From: Corynebacterium kroppenstedtii
Lineage (GTDB): Bacteria; Actinomycetota; Actinomycetes; Mycobacteriales; Mycobacteriaceae
Direction: 5' to 3'
DNA length: 64,000 nucleotides
Assembly (NCBI RefSeq): GCF_003243515.1
Contig: NZ_QFRA01000016.1
Coordinates: 2,359 to 66,358, forward strand
Part shown: positions 31,324 through 44,001 of the stretch, piece after piece
Numbering within the stretch: position 1 is the first letter of the stretch
How the letters are laid out: each line of letters opens with the position of its first letter
Position numbers and translations under genes: made by a program
Notes under the pieces: generated by a model
The model's input: the letters and a program-made list of their open reading frames with translations, nothing else
Database searches by the model: none
What the model was told of the DNA's origin: nothing

Positions 31324-32085
31324 CTAAAACAGGCGAAGCTCCTGCGACGGGGTACCGCGCAATTCGTCGTAGTCGACGGTCACACACGTAAACCCACGAT
31401 CCTCCGCAAGCGTCCGCGCCTGCGGTTTGATCTCCTGCGCCGCGAAAAGCCCCTTCACTGGCGCTAAAATTTCATCCCTGTTGAGCAATTCGACGTACCG
31501 CGTGAGCTGCTCAACGCCATCAATCCCACCGCGCCGCTTCACCTCAACGGCCACGGTCTTCCCACTCGCGTCCCTGGTCAAAATATCGACGGGACCAATA
31601 GGCGTCGGATATTCGCGGCGGACAAGCGTAAAGCCCTCCCCCAACGCTTCCGGATGCTGCGATAACAGCTCCTGAAGATGCGCTTCCACACCATCCTTCG
31701 TGAGTCCTGGATCCTCGCCCAGGTCATACGTGGTGTCAGAAATCTTGTCATGCACCGTAATGCGGAGCTGTTCCCCTTTTTTATTCTCGACGACCCAAAG
31801 CTCTTCCTCATGCGCGGTCTGAGCCGAGCCGTCGGCCCCCTGTTCGTCAAAACTGCCGACGGAGCTACTGTCGGCAGAGTCGGCGTCGGGATCATCTATA
31901 GCAATCGGGTGGACCGCGAGCGTACACGGCGGAGTCATCCAATTGAGCGGTTTGTAGGCCCGGTCATCGGCGTGGACTGACACTGATCCGTCAGCTTTGA
32001 CCATGAGTAGACGAGTTGCTTTAGGCAAGTGAGCGGTTAAACGACCAACATAATCGACGGAACACGTAGCGATGACAAGGCGCAT
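31324..32085 (-). CDS. nucS: endonuclease NucS (EndoMS, mismatch-specific)
   Basis: [50 protein letters not shown] and a C-terminal nuclease domain GPVDILTRD...VAVEVKRR. Confidence 0.9.
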   Translation of the reverse strand: MRLVIATCSVDYVGRLTAHLPKATRLLMVKADGSVSVHADDRAYKPLNWMTPPCTLAVHPIAIDDPDADSADSSSVGSFDEQGADGSAQTAHEEELWVVENKKGEQLRITVHDKISDTTYDLGEDPGLTKDGVEAHLQELLSQHPEALGEGFTLVRREYPTPIGPVDILTRDASGKTVAVEVKRRGGIDGVEQLTRYVELLNRDEILAPVKGLFAAQEIKPQARTLAEDRGFTCVTVDYDELRGTPSQELRLF

Positions 32086-32197
32086 GAGCGAGAGACTACC
32101 AAATCACGTTCTCTCAGCACCTAACGCGTCTTAGCGTCGAACAAGGCGCTGCGTCTAGCGATGTAGGCGATCAAGCCACGCTCAATAGCTAACGTCG

Positions 32198-32671
32198 TTA
32201 ACTGTGGCGATGGAACCTGTGGCCCCGTTCTTTAACCCGCCGAGGGTGCTTACTGAGCCGCTGAATTCTCGTGCTCGGGGCGGATTCCAGCCACGCCACC
32301 AATGCCATATCCATGGCGTGTCCCCCGGCTACATCCACTCGTACATCCCCCGCTTGAAGTTCGACTATTCGCGGATCGGCTAATAGCCGTAATACCCCCG
32401 TTTTGACGTCTCGTCGGCCAACAATTTCTATATTGTGCCTTTCACACGATAAGTCTGCCCCCGGTTTAAGAGACCGTAGCAAGTAAAGCTTTGCGGCGTC
32501 TTCCCCCAAAATGATGACCCCGTGGTGCCAGCGATGTCGTCGACCGTCACGGTAAACAGCGGTACAGACTGGTATGCCACGGGGCCGGATCCACGAAAAT
32601 CGCCATATGGCGACTCCCATTCCCCATGCGAGGATGGCCATACACGCCATTGTCACGGTGAAGAGAACCAT
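32198..32671 (-). CDS. DUF2550-family membrane-anchored protein
   Basis: 157 aa with an N-terminal TM helix. The position directly after atpC matches the remembered Rv1312-type arrangement. Confidence 0.55.
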   Translation of the reverse strand: MVLFTVTMACMAILAWGMGVAIWRFSWIRPRGIPVCTAVYRDGRRHRWHHGVIILGEDAAKLYLLRSLKPGADLSCERHNIEIVGRRDVKTGVLRLLADPRIVELQAGDVRVDVAGGHAMDMALVAWLESAPSTRIQRLSKHPRRVKERGHRFHRHS

Positions 32672-32735
32672 GGGCCACCTCTCCCATTACGTCCAGCGAC
32701 GGCTCGTCATGCACGTCGTTCCTTGAGCTGAGTAT

Positions 32736-32786
32736 AAACGACGAAACCCCCGTGTTCCTAAGAAATGGCCTTAGAAACTACGGGGG
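32736..32786 (-). terminator. intrinsic terminator after atpC
   Basis: The minus-strand RNA CCCCCGU...ACGGGGG has a 7-bp outer stem plus an inner CUAAG/CUUAG stem, followed by UUUCGUCGUUU. It starts 25 nt after the atpC stop. Confidence 0.65.
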
Positions 32787-32811
32787 CGTAGGTGAGAGCT
32801 ATACAGTCGAC

Positions 32812-33189
32812 CTACTTTTCTTTCGCACGCTGGACTGCTCGCAGCTCGGATTGAGCTTGAGCACGGTCGTGTGAATCCGTGTCGGAGCCTTTGTAGCTCT
32901 GCTCTGCGCTGGAAACATCCACTTCTGATGACCACGTGGCGTGGTCCGCCAGAATAGATACCTTGTGCTTGCCGACGGACAGGAACCCGCCTTGTACTGC
33001 AGCGACTTTCTTTTCGCCGTCGGTGGTACGGATGATGACCACACCGTTTTCTACAAGCTGCCCAAGGATGGGTTCGTGTCCGGGAAGTATGCCGATTTCA
33101 CCTTCTGTGGTCTGTGCGGTGACAGACGTCGCAGCACCGGACCATAGCGCTCGCTCAACGGAGACTAACTCAGTGGCAATTTCAGCCAT
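32812..33189 (-). CDS. atpC: F1 ATP synthase subunit epsilon
   Basis: 125 aa; ...[19 protein letters not shown]... is typical epsilon. Last gene of the atp operon. Confidence 0.9.
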
Positions 33190-33201
33190 GGTGTCCCTAC
33201 C

Positions 33202-34641
<1,440 letters not shown>

Positions 34642-35625
34642 TTAGTCACTTTCTCCGCTGTCGTCGAGCGCTCCCGCGCCACCGACGATCTCTGTAATTT
34701 CCTGGGTAATTTGTGCCTGACGAGCTTGGTTAGCTGTACGAGACAACGTCGTGGCAAGCTCAGTTGCGTTATCCGTCGCCGAACTCATAGCTGTACGGCG
34801 TGCTGCGGATTCTGACGCAGCTGACTCCAGCAGCAAGGCATACAAAGCACGAGACACGTAGTGCGGGAGGAGCTCCGACAGCAACGTAGTCGCGTCGGGC
34901 TCAAATTCGTAGTTGGCACTAATTTCGGAATCGTCTGGGTCAGACAGCATGTCTTCGCCAGTCTCTACTTCCTCATAGTCGATGACTGCTTCCATCGGAA
35001 GCATCTGCCGGGCGACGGCCTTCTGAGACAGCATCGACTCGAACTTCGTGTACACGACGTGGAGCTGGTCGAAGCCTTGCACGCTCTCGCCCTCAGGCGC
35101 GGTGAGCCCGGGGCGCCACTCTGCTTTGCCCGATGAGCTAGCAACGAATGCATCGATAAGGTGCCGACGCATTTCATGCGTGCCTTCGTACTCGGGGTCC
35201 TGGGAGTATCCGGTCCAAGCACCTTCAAGGGCCTCACCGCGGAAGCGGTAGTAGGTCAGCCCCTTGTTGCCGAAGACATAGAGGGCAACCTCATATCCCT
35301 GTTTTTCCAACAAAGCGCGTAGTTCAACAACTTTCTTGAAAACGTTGTGGTTGTACCCGCCACACATTCCTCGGTCGCTGGACACCACCAAGATAGCGGC
35401 ACGGTTTCCGCCTTCGCGTTCCCGAAGCATCGGGTGGTCCAGTGAACTTGCCGATGACAAGCGTTGGACGACCTTGGTGATTTCTTCCGCGTACGGTTGC
35501 GAGGCAGCTACCCTGGCCTGCGCTTTCGTGATCTTCGAAGTGGCGATCAGCTCTTGGGCCTTCGTGATCTTCTTAGTCGAGTTGACGGACTTAATCCGGT
35601 CTCGCAGTTCACGTAACGTAGCCAT
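34642..35625 (-). CDS. atpG: F1 ATP synthase subunit gamma
   Basis: MATLRELRDRIKSVNSTKKITKAQELIATSKI... and C-terminal ...ITQEITEIVGGA. Confidence 0.95.
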   Translation of the reverse strand: MATLRELRDRIKSVNSTKKITKAQELIATSKITKAQARVAASQPYAEEITKVVQRLSSASSLDHPMLREREGGNRAAILVVSSDRGMCGGYNHNVFKKVVELRALLEKQGYEVALYVFGNKGLTYYRFRGEALEGAWTGYSQDPEYEGTHEMRRHLIDAFVASSSGKAEWRPGLTAPEGESVQGFDQLHVVYTKFESMLSQKAVARQMLPMEAVIDYEEVETGEDMLSDPDDSEISANYEFEPDATTLLSELLPHYVSRALYALLLESAASESAARRTAMSSATDNATELATTLSRTANQARQAQITQEITEIVGGAGALDDSGESD

Positions 35626-35672
35626 TTACACTCATCGCCTCCCTTCGTTCTTATCCATTGCGCGCACCGCCC

Positions 35673-37337
35673 TTACTTGCCCGAGGACTTACGCGACACA
35701 GTGATTTGTTCTTTGCCCAATTCGGATTGCTCCATTGGGTCTACATCGGGCTCGTTGATAACAGGTTTGCCGTCGGAGGCCTGGAAGTTCTGCTTGAACT
35801 CATCCACAGCGGAGGAAAGCTCTGCCTTGGATTCGTCATTGAGTGGGGATCCACCCTCGACCTGCTCGAAAACACCAGCATGCTTCGAATGGAGGTGCTC
35901 GAGGAGTTCAGATTCGAACCGACGAATATCTTCGACGGGAACGGAGTCAAAGTCGCCGTTGCCAGCAAGGTAGATCGACACCATCTGGTCTTCCACAGCT
36001 TGCGGGTGGTTCTCCGGCTGCTTCAGCAGCTCAACGAGGCGAGATCCGCGCTCCAGCTGTGCCTTGGAGGAATCGTCGAGGTCCGACGCGAAAGCAGCGA
36101 ATGCTTCCAAGTCGCGGTATGCGGCGAGGTCAATACGCAGCGAACCCGAAACCTTCTTCATACCCTTTGTCTGGGCGGCACCACCGACACGGGAGACCGA
36201 CACACCGACGTTAATAGCGGGGCGAACGCCCTGGTTGAAGAGGTCTGACTCCAAGAAGACCTGACCGTCGGTAATAGAAATGACGTTGGTCGGAATGAAG
36301 GCGGACACGTCGTTCGCTTTGGTCTCGATGATCGGCAAAGCCGTCATAGAGCCGCCACCCAAGTCGTCGGAGAGCTTAGCTGCACGCTCCAACAAGCGGG
36401 AGTGGAGGTAGAAAACGTCACCTGGGTACGCTTCGCGTCCCGGCGGACGACGCAGCAGCAGGGAGATCGCACGGTAGGCCTCAGCCTGCTTGGTTAAGTC
36501 ATCGTAGATGACCAGCACGTGCTTGCCTTTGTACATCCAGTGCTGTCCCAGTGCGGCACCAGCGAAGGGTGCGAGCCACTTAAAACCAGCTGAATCTGAT
36601 GCGGGAGCAGCGACAATGGTGGTGTAATCCAGGGCGCCGTTGTCCTCTAGGGTCTTACGGACACCAGCGATTGTGGAGCCCTTCTGACCGATGGCGACAT
36701 AAATGCAGCGAACCTGCTTCTTCGGGTCCCCGGATTCCCAGTTGGCTTTCTGGTTAATGATGGTATCGAGGCAAACAGCCGTCTTACCGGTTTTACGGTC
36801 ACCAATGATGAGCTGTCGCTGGCCTCGCCCGATTGGGGTCATCGCGTCGATAGCTTTAATACCGGTCTGGAGTGGTTCCTCGACTGGTTGACGCATCAAC
36901 ACTGAGGGCGCCTGCAGTTCCAGGACGCGATCTTCTTCTGCCTCGATGGATCCTAGGCCGTCGATTGGCTGGCCCAGGGGGTTAATAACGCGGCCGAGGA
37001 ATTTGTCCCCAACCGGAATGGACAGGACCTCTCCGGTCCTTTTTACTTCGTCGCCTTCCCGCAAGGTCTCGTAGCTTCCCAAGACCACGACACCGACTTT
37101 ATCGGTGTCAAGGTTTTGGGCGACGCCGATGACGCCACCTGGGAACTCGAGCAACTCATTAGCCATGACTGAAGGCATACCCGAAACCTGGGCGATACCG
37201 TCAGCCGCACTAATGACCACGCCGACCTCCTCACGGGAGGCCTCCGCGGAGTAGCTCGAGGTGTAGTTCGCAATCGCGCTACGGATCTCGTCGGAGGAGA
37301 TCGTCAGCTCGTCGGAGGAGATCGTCAGCTCCGCCAT
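35673..37337 (-). CDS. atpA: F1 ATP synthase subunit alpha (with N-terminal 7-aa duplication and C-terminal extension)
   Basis: MAELTISSD(ELTISSD)EIRSAIANY..., P-loop GDRKTGKTA. The C-terminal tail beyond the canonical end resembles the extension known in mycobacterial alpha. The start is set at the MAEL ATG (37335-37337). Confidence 0.95.
   Translation of the reverse strand: MAELTISSDELTISSDEIRSAIANYTSSYSAEASREEVGVVISAADGIAQVSGMPSVMANELLEFPGGVIGVAQNLDTDKVGVVVLGSYETLREGDEVKRTGEVLSIPVGDKFLGRVINPLGQPIDGLGSIEAEEDRVLELQAPSVLMRQPVEEPLQTGIKAIDAMTPIGRGQRQLIIGDRKTGKTAVCLDTIINQKANWESGDPKKQVRCIYVAIGQKGSTIAGVRKTLEDNGALDYTTIVAAPASDSAGFKWLAPFAGAALGQHWMYKGKHVLVIYDDLTKQAEAYRAISLLLRRPPGREAYPGDVFYLHSRLLERAAKLSDDLGGGSMTALPIIETKANDVSAFIPTNVISITDGQVFLESDLFNQGVRPAINVGVSVSRVGGAAQTKGMKKVSGSLRIDLAAYRDLEAFAAFASDLDDSSKAQLERGSRLVELLKQPENHPQAVEDQMVSIYLAGNGDFDSVPVEDIRRFESELLEHLHSKHAGVFEQVEGGSPLNDESKAELSSAVDEFKQNFQASDGKPVINEPDVDPMEQSELGKEQITVSRKSSGK
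37287..37331. repeat. perfect 21-bp tandem duplication (2 full copies plus 3 nt) inside the atpA 5' end
   Basis: gtcggaggagatcgtcagctc at 37290-37310 is repeated exactly at 37311-37331. The preceding ctc (37287-37289) extends the register. It is in frame and encodes ELTISSD twice. Confidence 0.95.
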
Positions 37338-37433
37338 GTTCTTCCTGCTCTCGGTAGTCTCTTCCAGCATTACTTGTTTATTACGTCGTATTTCTGGTCG
37401 CGGTCACGACCGGCATTCCGTCCGCCGTGGGCG

Positions 37434-38258
37434 TCAGGCAAAGGCTCGCCGTAATTTCTCGAGTTTGCCCGATGTGCTGCCATCGATACGCTCATCTCCG
37501 ACCCGGATGACCATTCCACCGAGGATGCTGGGATCGACCTCTCCGTGGATGGACATCTTGTGACCATAAATTCGACCGAGCTTGTCAGCCAGGGTGGATC
37601 GTTGGGTATCGCTCAATTCGCCGGCAGTCACAACATGAGCAACTTCGTACCCACGCAGCTGTGCTGCCTCCCGCGATAGCGTTTCACATGCTTCGACAGG
37701 ACGTTGTTTAGCACGAGAAATCGCCTGCAAGGCAAGAGTTTCTGTAATTGAAGTAACTTTGCCGTACAAGACTGAGGCCAACAATTGGCGACGTCGGTCC
37801 GCACTAGCTTGTCGGTCTGCCAAAAGCATCTCCAGCTGCGGGGTGTCTTCAAGGACCCTCGCCAACTGGAACAACTCAGATTCGACGGTCGTGAGATTGT
37901 CGTCTGCCTCGGCGGCGCGGAACAGAGCCCAGCGGCCAAGTTGAACAAGCCCATTGCGGAAATCGCGCGTATTCGACCAGTCTTTATCTACTGCAGAACG
38001 CAACACGCTGCGCGAAGCCTGATTGAGCTTCTCACCGAAAACGCGATCGGCAAGGTCTGCACGTTTCTCGGAGGACGCTGCGGGATCAATAAGCGCCACA
38101 CGCAAGTCACGGTTGGAGTCCAAAACCTCAACGACGTCAAAAAACTCGGGTCCGATTTGTGCGCCGTCGACGGCGGCGTTGGACTGAGCAACGGTGTTGT
38201 CGAGGGCAGTCGCCAACTCGGTCATCGATTCTCGGCTTGCTGCGTGCATACTGATCAC
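37434..38258 (-). CDS. atpH: F1 ATP synthase subunit delta (long actinobacterial form)
   Basis: 274 aa between atpF and atpA, with the OSCP-like C-terminal part ...[33 protein letters not shown]. 4-nt overlap with the atpF stop. Confidence 0.85.
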   Translation of the reverse strand: MISMHAASRESMTELATALDNTVAQSNAAVDGAQIGPEFFDVVEVLDSNRDLRVALIDPAASSEKRADLADRVFGEKLNQASRSVLRSAVDKDWSNTRDFRNGLVQLGRWALFRAAEADDNLTTVESELFQLARVLEDTPQLEMLLADRQASADRRRQLLASVLYGKVTSITETLALQAISRAKQRPVEACETLSREAAQLRGYEVAHVVTAGELSDTQRSTLADKLGRIYGHKMSIHGEVDPSILGGMVIRVGDERIDGSTSGKLEKLRRAFA

Positions 38259-38812
38259 TTCCCTGCCGGAATGTCATCCAAGGAAGACAGGAAAGAATCC
38301 ACTGTCTCCGCGCGCTTGGCATCGTCGGATAGATGAGAGCCGAGGAGCTTCTCCGCCAGATCGACCGAATTCTGACCCATGTCCTTACGCAGGTCAGCGA
38401 CGACGGCATCACGCTGAGCAGCAAGTTGCTTTTCGCCTTGAGCGATAATGCGGTTGCTTTCCTCCGTTGCTTCGGTCTTCATATCCGCAACGATCTTTTG
38501 CCCGTCAGCGCGAGCTTCGTCGCGAATACGGGCGGCCTCTGCACGAGCCTCAGCGAGCTGGTCGTTGTATTTTTGCAACGCAGCCTTCGCCTCGGATTGC
38601 GCGGCCTCCGCACGTTGAATACCGCCTTCAATGCGATCTTCACGCTCAGAAAGAACCTCTTGGAACTTCGGAAGAACAAACTTCCAGAAAAGCCATAGGA
38701 TCAGTACGAAGCAGACGATGGACCAGACGAGGTCGTATGGCAAAGGGAGAAGCGGCAAGTTGCCCTTTTCGAGAGGCAGCGTATCCTCAGCCAAAATAAG
38801 TGAGTTCGTCAT
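38255..38812 (-). CDS. atpF: Fo ATP synthase subunit b
   Basis: A single N-terminal TM helix followed by a long charged coiled coil ([33 protein letters not shown]). Confidence 0.85.
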   Translation of the reverse strand: MTNSLILAEDTLPLEKGNLPLLPLPYDLVWSIVCFVLILWLFWKFVLPKFQEVLSEREDRIEGGIQRAEAAQSEAKAALQKYNDQLAEARAEAARIRDEARADGQKIVADMKTEATEESNRIIAQGEKQLAAQRDAVVADLRKDMGQNSVDLAEKLLGSHLSDDAKRAETVDSFLSSLDDIPAGK

Positions 38813-38864
38813 AGTCTCCAGCTTTCGCTATTTCAAATGTCAGGATGTAATGGAAACAACCTGA

Positions 38865-39119
<255 letters not shown>

Positions 39120-39179
39120 TCAACATGTCGTTGGGTTTCCAACGACGTATTCGTGAAAAACTTCGAGTGGGGTGTTCAG

Positions 39180-40037
39180 TTAGTGTTCGTCCGCATGCAG
39201 GGAAAGCTCAATGTACACCGCAGTCAGCAGGGCGAAAATGTACGCCTGCAGGAAAATCACCAAAATCTCAAACAGCGAGAAGGCAAAGGCTGCCGCGATG
39301 GTAAAGCCGGACGCAACAAGCCAGCCGTTCATCTGCCAGAAGAAGAAGTTGGTTGCCGAGTACAAGAGCACCAGCACGATGTGACCTGACAGCATATTGG
39401 CCATAAGACGAATGGTCAGCGTGACAGGCCTCAAAATGAAGGTCGAGAAGAACTCAATCGGTACGACCAAGAAATAGAGAAGGAAAGGCAACCCCGGAAT
39501 TACCAGAGAGCTCTTCATGTACTTCCCGAACCCGTACCGCTTGGCACCTGCATAGATCATGCAGATGTAGGCAACCACAGCCAAGAGCAGTGGCATACCG
39601 ATACGAGCATTGGGGGAAACGTTCAAGAACGGGATCACCGATGGTGCGTTCATGAACAGCACAAGGAAGAAGATCGTGGAAATAATCGGAAGGAAGCGAC
39701 GTCCTTCTTTTCGACCAAGAATCTCCTCACTGATGTGGATACGGACGAAATCCAACAAGTACTCAGCGACGTTCTGCACGCCACGCGGAACTAACTTCGG
39801 CTTCCGCATAGCGAAGAAGAAGAACAGCCCCATGAGCACCATCACGAGGAGTCGGACGAACATGATGCGGTCGATGGCGAACCAACCATCGGCAAAATTA
39901 CCGAACCAGAGGTTGATGTGATCACCATGCGCCGTCTCGGGACAGCGTGACTCACCGTCACTGCCGGTCCCACAAACGAACCCCGGGAAAAAGTCGTGAT
40001 CCAGATCTGGGGCGTGGAAATGCCCCTTCATGGACAA
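39180..40037 (-). CDS. atpB: Fo ATP synthase subunit a
   Basis: Polytopic protein with the conserved LTIRLMANMLSGH (essential Arg) motif. Confidence 0.9.
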   Translation of the reverse strand: MSMKGHFHAPDLDHDFFPGFVCGTGSDGESRCPETAHGDHINLWFGNFADGWFAIDRIMFVRLLVMVLMGLFFFFAMRKPKLVPRGVQNVAEYLLDFVRIHISEEILGRKEGRRFLPIISTIFFLVLFMNAPSVIPFLNVSPNARIGMPLLLAVVAYICMIYAGAKRYGFGKYMKSSLVIPGLPFLLYFLVVPIEFFSTFILRPVTLTIRLMANMLSGHIVLVLLYSATNFFFWQMNGWLVASGFTIAAAFAFSLFEILVIFLQAYIFALLTAVYIELSLHADEH

Positions 40038-40299
40038 GGTTGTAACGCTCAGCGTTCTCTCCCGTGTTCGGGCCGCTTTCTGCCAAACAGAAAACGGTGC
40101 GATGGAGGTCTATGTGCATAGCCCACCGCGGATTCCGTCGCACATCATCGCGGGGGCCCGTGGGTTATTCGGGTATGGCTACGCATAGCGATTTTTCCTT
40201 ATAACCCGCAGTAGACCATAGCAGCTTAATTCAGGTTTTTCCCAAGCGATCTCTCAACCCGACCCCCCTAAAATTACACCTGATCCACCCCCATGCAGG

Positions 40300-40944
40300 C
40301 TATTGCTGGTGGTTCCGTTCTTCTGCCCATTCTCGGTCAGCGATATAGGTCACACGAGCGGTTAAGACACCCCAGGTTTCTGAGACCAACCCCACTATTA
40401 ATGCGGCGATCGCCGTGACAGCCAATGCCAGGTGGTCAAAGAAATACATGTTCTTCAGAACGACTAAGACGAGTAAGACAACGACAATTTTGAGCAGCCA
40501 CGTCCCCATCACCACAGCCATCGTCGTTTGAGGATTAGTCCGGGAGGTGATGAGCACACTCACGATAGTCAATAACACGAAGGCGCCCCCAATGATTGAA
40601 CCGATGAGCGCTCCCCAGACACCTCGCATTCCTGATTGCCCACCCCAGGCCAACAAAGAAAGCACAGCTAAACAGAGGATCGCGATACCCCCAAGCCGCG
40701 CAGCCTTCAACAATGGCCATCGTGGATCCGACACATGCCGGTTCCTCTTCGCAATCACGTCGTCGATAGACGAACCACCGTCTGTAGACGAGTTATCCGA
40801 CGAGTTCGACGTTTCAGAAGGCTTCTGTCCATCGGGTTGTTCCGGTGTATTTTCGCCGGACTTCCCCGATGCGAAAGTGGAGTATGGGGACGTCGGCTTC
40901 GACGAGGCGCTGTTCGGTTCGCCAGAGGAGTGGGAATCAGTCAC
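40300..40944 (-). CDS. AtpI-like / Rv1303-type four-TM membrane protein with a Ser/Pro-rich N-terminal extension
   Basis: The C-terminal ~130 aa form four hydrophobic helices, and the gene sits directly upstream of atpB. The N-terminal ~75 aa are low-complexity (S, P, G, E). The GTG start overlaps the wecA stop (GTGA). Confidence 0.5.
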   Translation of the reverse strand: MTDSHSSGEPNSASSKPTSPYSTFASGKSGENTPEQPDGQKPSETSNSSDNSSTDGGSSIDDVIAKRNRHVSDPRWPLLKAARLGGIAILCLAVLSLLAWGGQSGMRGVWGALIGSIIGGAFVLLTIVSVLITSRTNPQTTMAVVMGTWLLKIVVVLLVLVVLKNMYFFDHLALAVTAIAALIVGLVSETWGVLTARVTYIADREWAEERNHQQ

Positions 40945-42119
40945 GCTGGCTGATTGTAGCGGTCCGGGTGCCGACGATCACGCGAGCGCGGTACAGACGT
41001 AATCCCGACGGCGATGATGATCGCTAACCCCACCGCAATGAGGGTAATGTCCGTCGGCAAAATTGTTGCTGCCACTGCACTGAATGCGACGACACTCACC
41101 CACGTGTAGAGCACAAGGACCACCCGTCGGTGTGTGTGCCCGAGCTGGAGCAGCCTGTGGTGCAAGTGCTTTTTATCAGAGGCGAACGGGCTTTTCCCGT
41201 GGCCGACACGACGGATAACGGCCATGATGAGGTCAAGCATCGGGATGAATACACTCGCTGCCACCACGATGATCGGGCTGAGCAGCGCGAAAATGTCAGC
41301 AGCACCATAGAGCGACATCGTGATGCGGCCAGACGCTGAGGTCGATGCCGCCGCAAGGAGGAGGCCGATCAGCATGGATCCCGTGTCGCCCATGAAAATT
41401 CGGCTCGGCTCAAAGTTGTGGGGCAAGAAGCCCGCGCAGGCTCCTATCAAGACGGCGGAAATAATGGCCGGCGGATAAGCGCTCACCGCTCCCCCTTGGT
41501 CGTGGAGAATGGTGAGCGAAAATGCGAAGAGCGAAATTCCCGCGATCCCCCCGACGCCGGCCGCCAACCCGTCGAGACCGTCGACAAAGTTAATCGCGTT
41601 GATCAGGGTGACGGTGAAGACGACAGTCAGGACTGTGGACTGGACTTGATCCAGAATGACCGTGGTGCCCCCATGCCAGGGAACGTAGAGGAGGTACCAA
41701 CTCAACCCCAGCAGACTCATGACCGTCGCGCCAGCGATCTGCCCAACCAGTTTCACCAGAGCCGGAATGTCATACAAGTCGTCGATAATGCCGACAACAA
41801 CGATGATGAGGGCAGCCCATAACACGGCTCTCAAGTCCGGAGTCATGGGAGGAAATCCACGGTTCAACGCCGGTAATTGGTTGGCCACCAGTAAGGCTGC
41901 AATGACGCCGGTGAACATCGCGACTCCCCCCAACCGCGGTCGGGGTTGTTTATGGACGTCGCGGGCACGTGGTATAGCTACTCTCCCGGTCCGCACCATG
42001 ACGGATCGTATGCATCCTGTTGTCAGGAACGTCACGATGCAGCCCGTGCAGAGAACAAGGATGAGTTCCCGAATGGGCACACCGGTTCCCCCCACCGCTG
42101 ATTGTGCACAAACGATCAT
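40941..42119 (-). CDS. wecA: UDP-GlcNAc:polyprenyl-phosphate GlcNAc-1-phosphate transferase (WecA/Rfe, GT4 MraY-like)
   Basis: Polytopic protein with NFVDGLDGLAAG and FMGDTGSMLIG motifs of the MraY/WecA family. Confidence 0.85.
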   Translation of the reverse strand: MIVCAQSAVGGTGVPIRELILVLCTGCIVTFLTTGCIRSVMVRTGRVAIPRARDVHKQPRPRLGGVAMFTGVIAALLVANQLPALNRGFPPMTPDLRAVLWAALIIVVVGIIDDLYDIPALVKLVGQIAGATVMSLLGLSWYLLYVPWHGGTTVILDQVQSTVLTVVFTVTLINAINFVDGLDGLAAGVGGIAGISLFAFSLTILHDQGGAVSAYPPAIISAVLIGACAGFLPHNFEPSRIFMGDTGSMLIGLLLAAASTSASGRITMSLYGAADIFALLSPIIVVAASVFIPMLDLIMAVIRRVGHGKSPFASDKKHLHHRLLQLGHTHRRVVLVLYTWVSVVAFSAVAATILPTDITLIAVGLAIIIAVGITSVPRSRDRRHPDRYNQPA

Positions 42120-42181
42120 GATGTTTCTCTACCCCGCATTCCCTGAACTAACCGCGCACGTGAGGCCGTTTTCCCCTCGAA

Positions 42182-42838
42182 CTATCTCTGACGCAGCGTA
42201 GCAGGGCTCGTTCCAATAACCTCGGAAATACGTTCTGCAGAAATCGCCCCTTCACGCAAAAGATGAGGGGTGGGCGAGGTCAGATCAATGATGGTCGACG
42301 GCTCCCCGATCGTCGCCTCCCCGTCGTCCAAATAGACTGATACTTCGCTTCCCAGCATCTGTTTCGCAGCAATGGCCGACGTCGCAGGCGGCTGCCCCGA
42401 AATATTCGCGGAGCTCACAGCCATGGGGCCTGTGGCTCTCAGTAGCTCAATCGCGACCGGCTGTAGCGGCATCCGAAGCATCACTGATCCGTTAGTATCC
42501 CCAAGGTCCCAGGGCAACGACGGAGCCTGCGTCACCACAAATGACAGTCCGCCAGGCCAGAATGCTTGGACTAATTCGCGCATCCGCGGAGTGACTGTTT
42601 GCACCAGGCCGTCGACGGTGTCCCACGACCCAACCAACACGGGAACTGGCATGTCAGGACCACGATGTTTTGCCCGCAACAGCGCAGCAACAGCGTCGTT
42701 ATCGAATGCATCGCACCCGATGCCGTAGACGGTGTCGGTGGGGATAACGACCAGACGTCCGCCCTTTACTGCGCTCTGGGCAGCCTCGAGGCCGCGACGT
42801 CGTTCGGCTTGGTCAGTGCAATCGTAAATTGTGCTCAT
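42182..42838 (-). CDS. tsaC: L-threonylcarbamoyladenylate synthase (YrdC/Sua5 family)
   Basis: GGRLVVIPTDTVYGIGCDAF, SSANISGQPPAT; 218 aa. Confidence 0.85.
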   Translation of the reverse strand: MSTIYDCTDQAERRRGLEAAQSAVKGGRLVVIPTDTVYGIGCDAFDNDAVAALLRAKHRGPDMPVPVLVGSWDTVDGLVQTVTPRMRELVQAFWPGGLSFVVTQAPSLPWDLGDTNGSVMLRMPLQPVAIELLRATGPMAVSSANISGQPPATSAIAAKQMLGSEVSVYLDDGEATIGEPSTIIDLTSPTPHLLREGAISAERISEVIGTSPATLRQR

Positions 42839-42846
42839 GAGTGTTA

Positions 42847-44001
42847 TTACGCTTTCCTCGTGTGTGCGGCCCGAATGCCCGTCACAAACCTATCGCGTCC
42901 GGCTAAGTCCTTATGCATTTCTGCATCGGTAAAACCGTGATCATTCAAACATTGTGAGGTCACAGGCCCGTTGAGCTCGTCATGTTCCACAGCCACGACG
43001 GTGCCGGGGCTAGACAAATCCTCAACCACGGCCATCATCGGCACGATCACGCTCATTCCGTCCGCACCAGCGAAAACGGCATCATGAGGATCGGCCGCGA
43101 CTTCGGGTGAAATCGGCGTGTTCTCGGGCACATAGGGTGGATTCGAAACGACCATATCCACCTTCAGTTCGTGCGTCGGTTCAGGATTGTCACCGTCGCG
43201 CGTATCCCGATCACACGTGTCCCGGCCACACAAGTCCCGAATGCTTTTCACGATAGTGGGATCCGTGGCGTCCCCTGCGCACAGGCTCACCGAGAGCTGA
43301 TCGGCGTCATCCTCTGACAGGCCAGCATCCAGCGCTTCGGCCTGCCAATTCTGCATGAAGGTCTCGACGTTACGACGAGCGTAATCCAGTGCGACGTCGC
43401 TCGTGTCAACGCCAACAATGCGGATTCGTGGGAGCTTGCCGACGCTTCCCACGTGCGGATTGACGGCCGTCTGCTCTCGAAAGTCGCGATGAAGAGACAA
43501 CAACGCGTTACCCGCCGCGTGCGCAACACCCAACGCCAGGGTTCCGGGCCCGGTACATAAATCAACGATCGTGTAATCCGCCGGCACCGGCTTCGAAGAC
43601 CCGGATTTCTCGGACCGGTTATCCAACGCCCTGCGGAGTTGTTTCCCCGCCCATTCCACAATCAATTCGGTTTCCGGACGGGGAATAAAAGCCCCCGGGC
43701 CGATCAGCAGGTCGATCCCCGCGAACCGCACCGTCCCCATAATGTGCTGCAAGGGTTCCCGCTGCTCACGTCGGCTAATACACGCTTCGAAAAACTCGGC
43801 TGTGTCGGGATCGACGTGGTCTTGGCGTCGGAAGAATAATGACGACCGTGTGACCGGTTCCGCACCCGGCGCGCCCTTAACGGTGAGCGCATGTGCCATC
43901 AATAGCTCAGCATCAACCCGTGGTGAGTCCACCCCCGCAGCGCGCAGTCGTCCCCCGGCATTGTTGATCATCTGGCGAACCGATGTACGGGGATACGTCA
44001 T
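42847..44001 (-). CDS. prmC: peptide chain release factor N5-glutamine methyltransferase (with insertions)
   Basis: [20 protein letters not shown] motif VDLCTGPGT and catalytic VVSNPPYVP. Overlaps the prfA stop by 4 nt. Confidence 0.85.
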   Translation of the reverse strand: MTYPRTSVRQMINNAGGRLRAAGVDSPRVDAELLMAHALTVKGAPGAEPVTRSSLFFRRQDHVDPDTAEFFEACISRREQREPLQHIMGTVRFAGIDLLIGPGAFIPRPETELIVEWAGKQLRRALDNRSEKSGSSKPVPADYTIVDLCTGPGTLALGVAHAAGNALLSLHRDFREQTAVNPHVGSVGKLPRIRIVGVDTSDVALDYARRNVETFMQNWQAEALDAGLSEDDADQLSVSLCAGDATDPTIVKSIRDLCGRDTCDRDTRDGDNPEPTHELKVDMVVSNPPYVPENTPISPEVAADPHDAVFAGADGMSVIVPMMAVVEDLSSPGTVVAVEHDELNGPVTSQCLNDHGFTDAEMHKDLAGRDRFVTGIRAAHTRKA

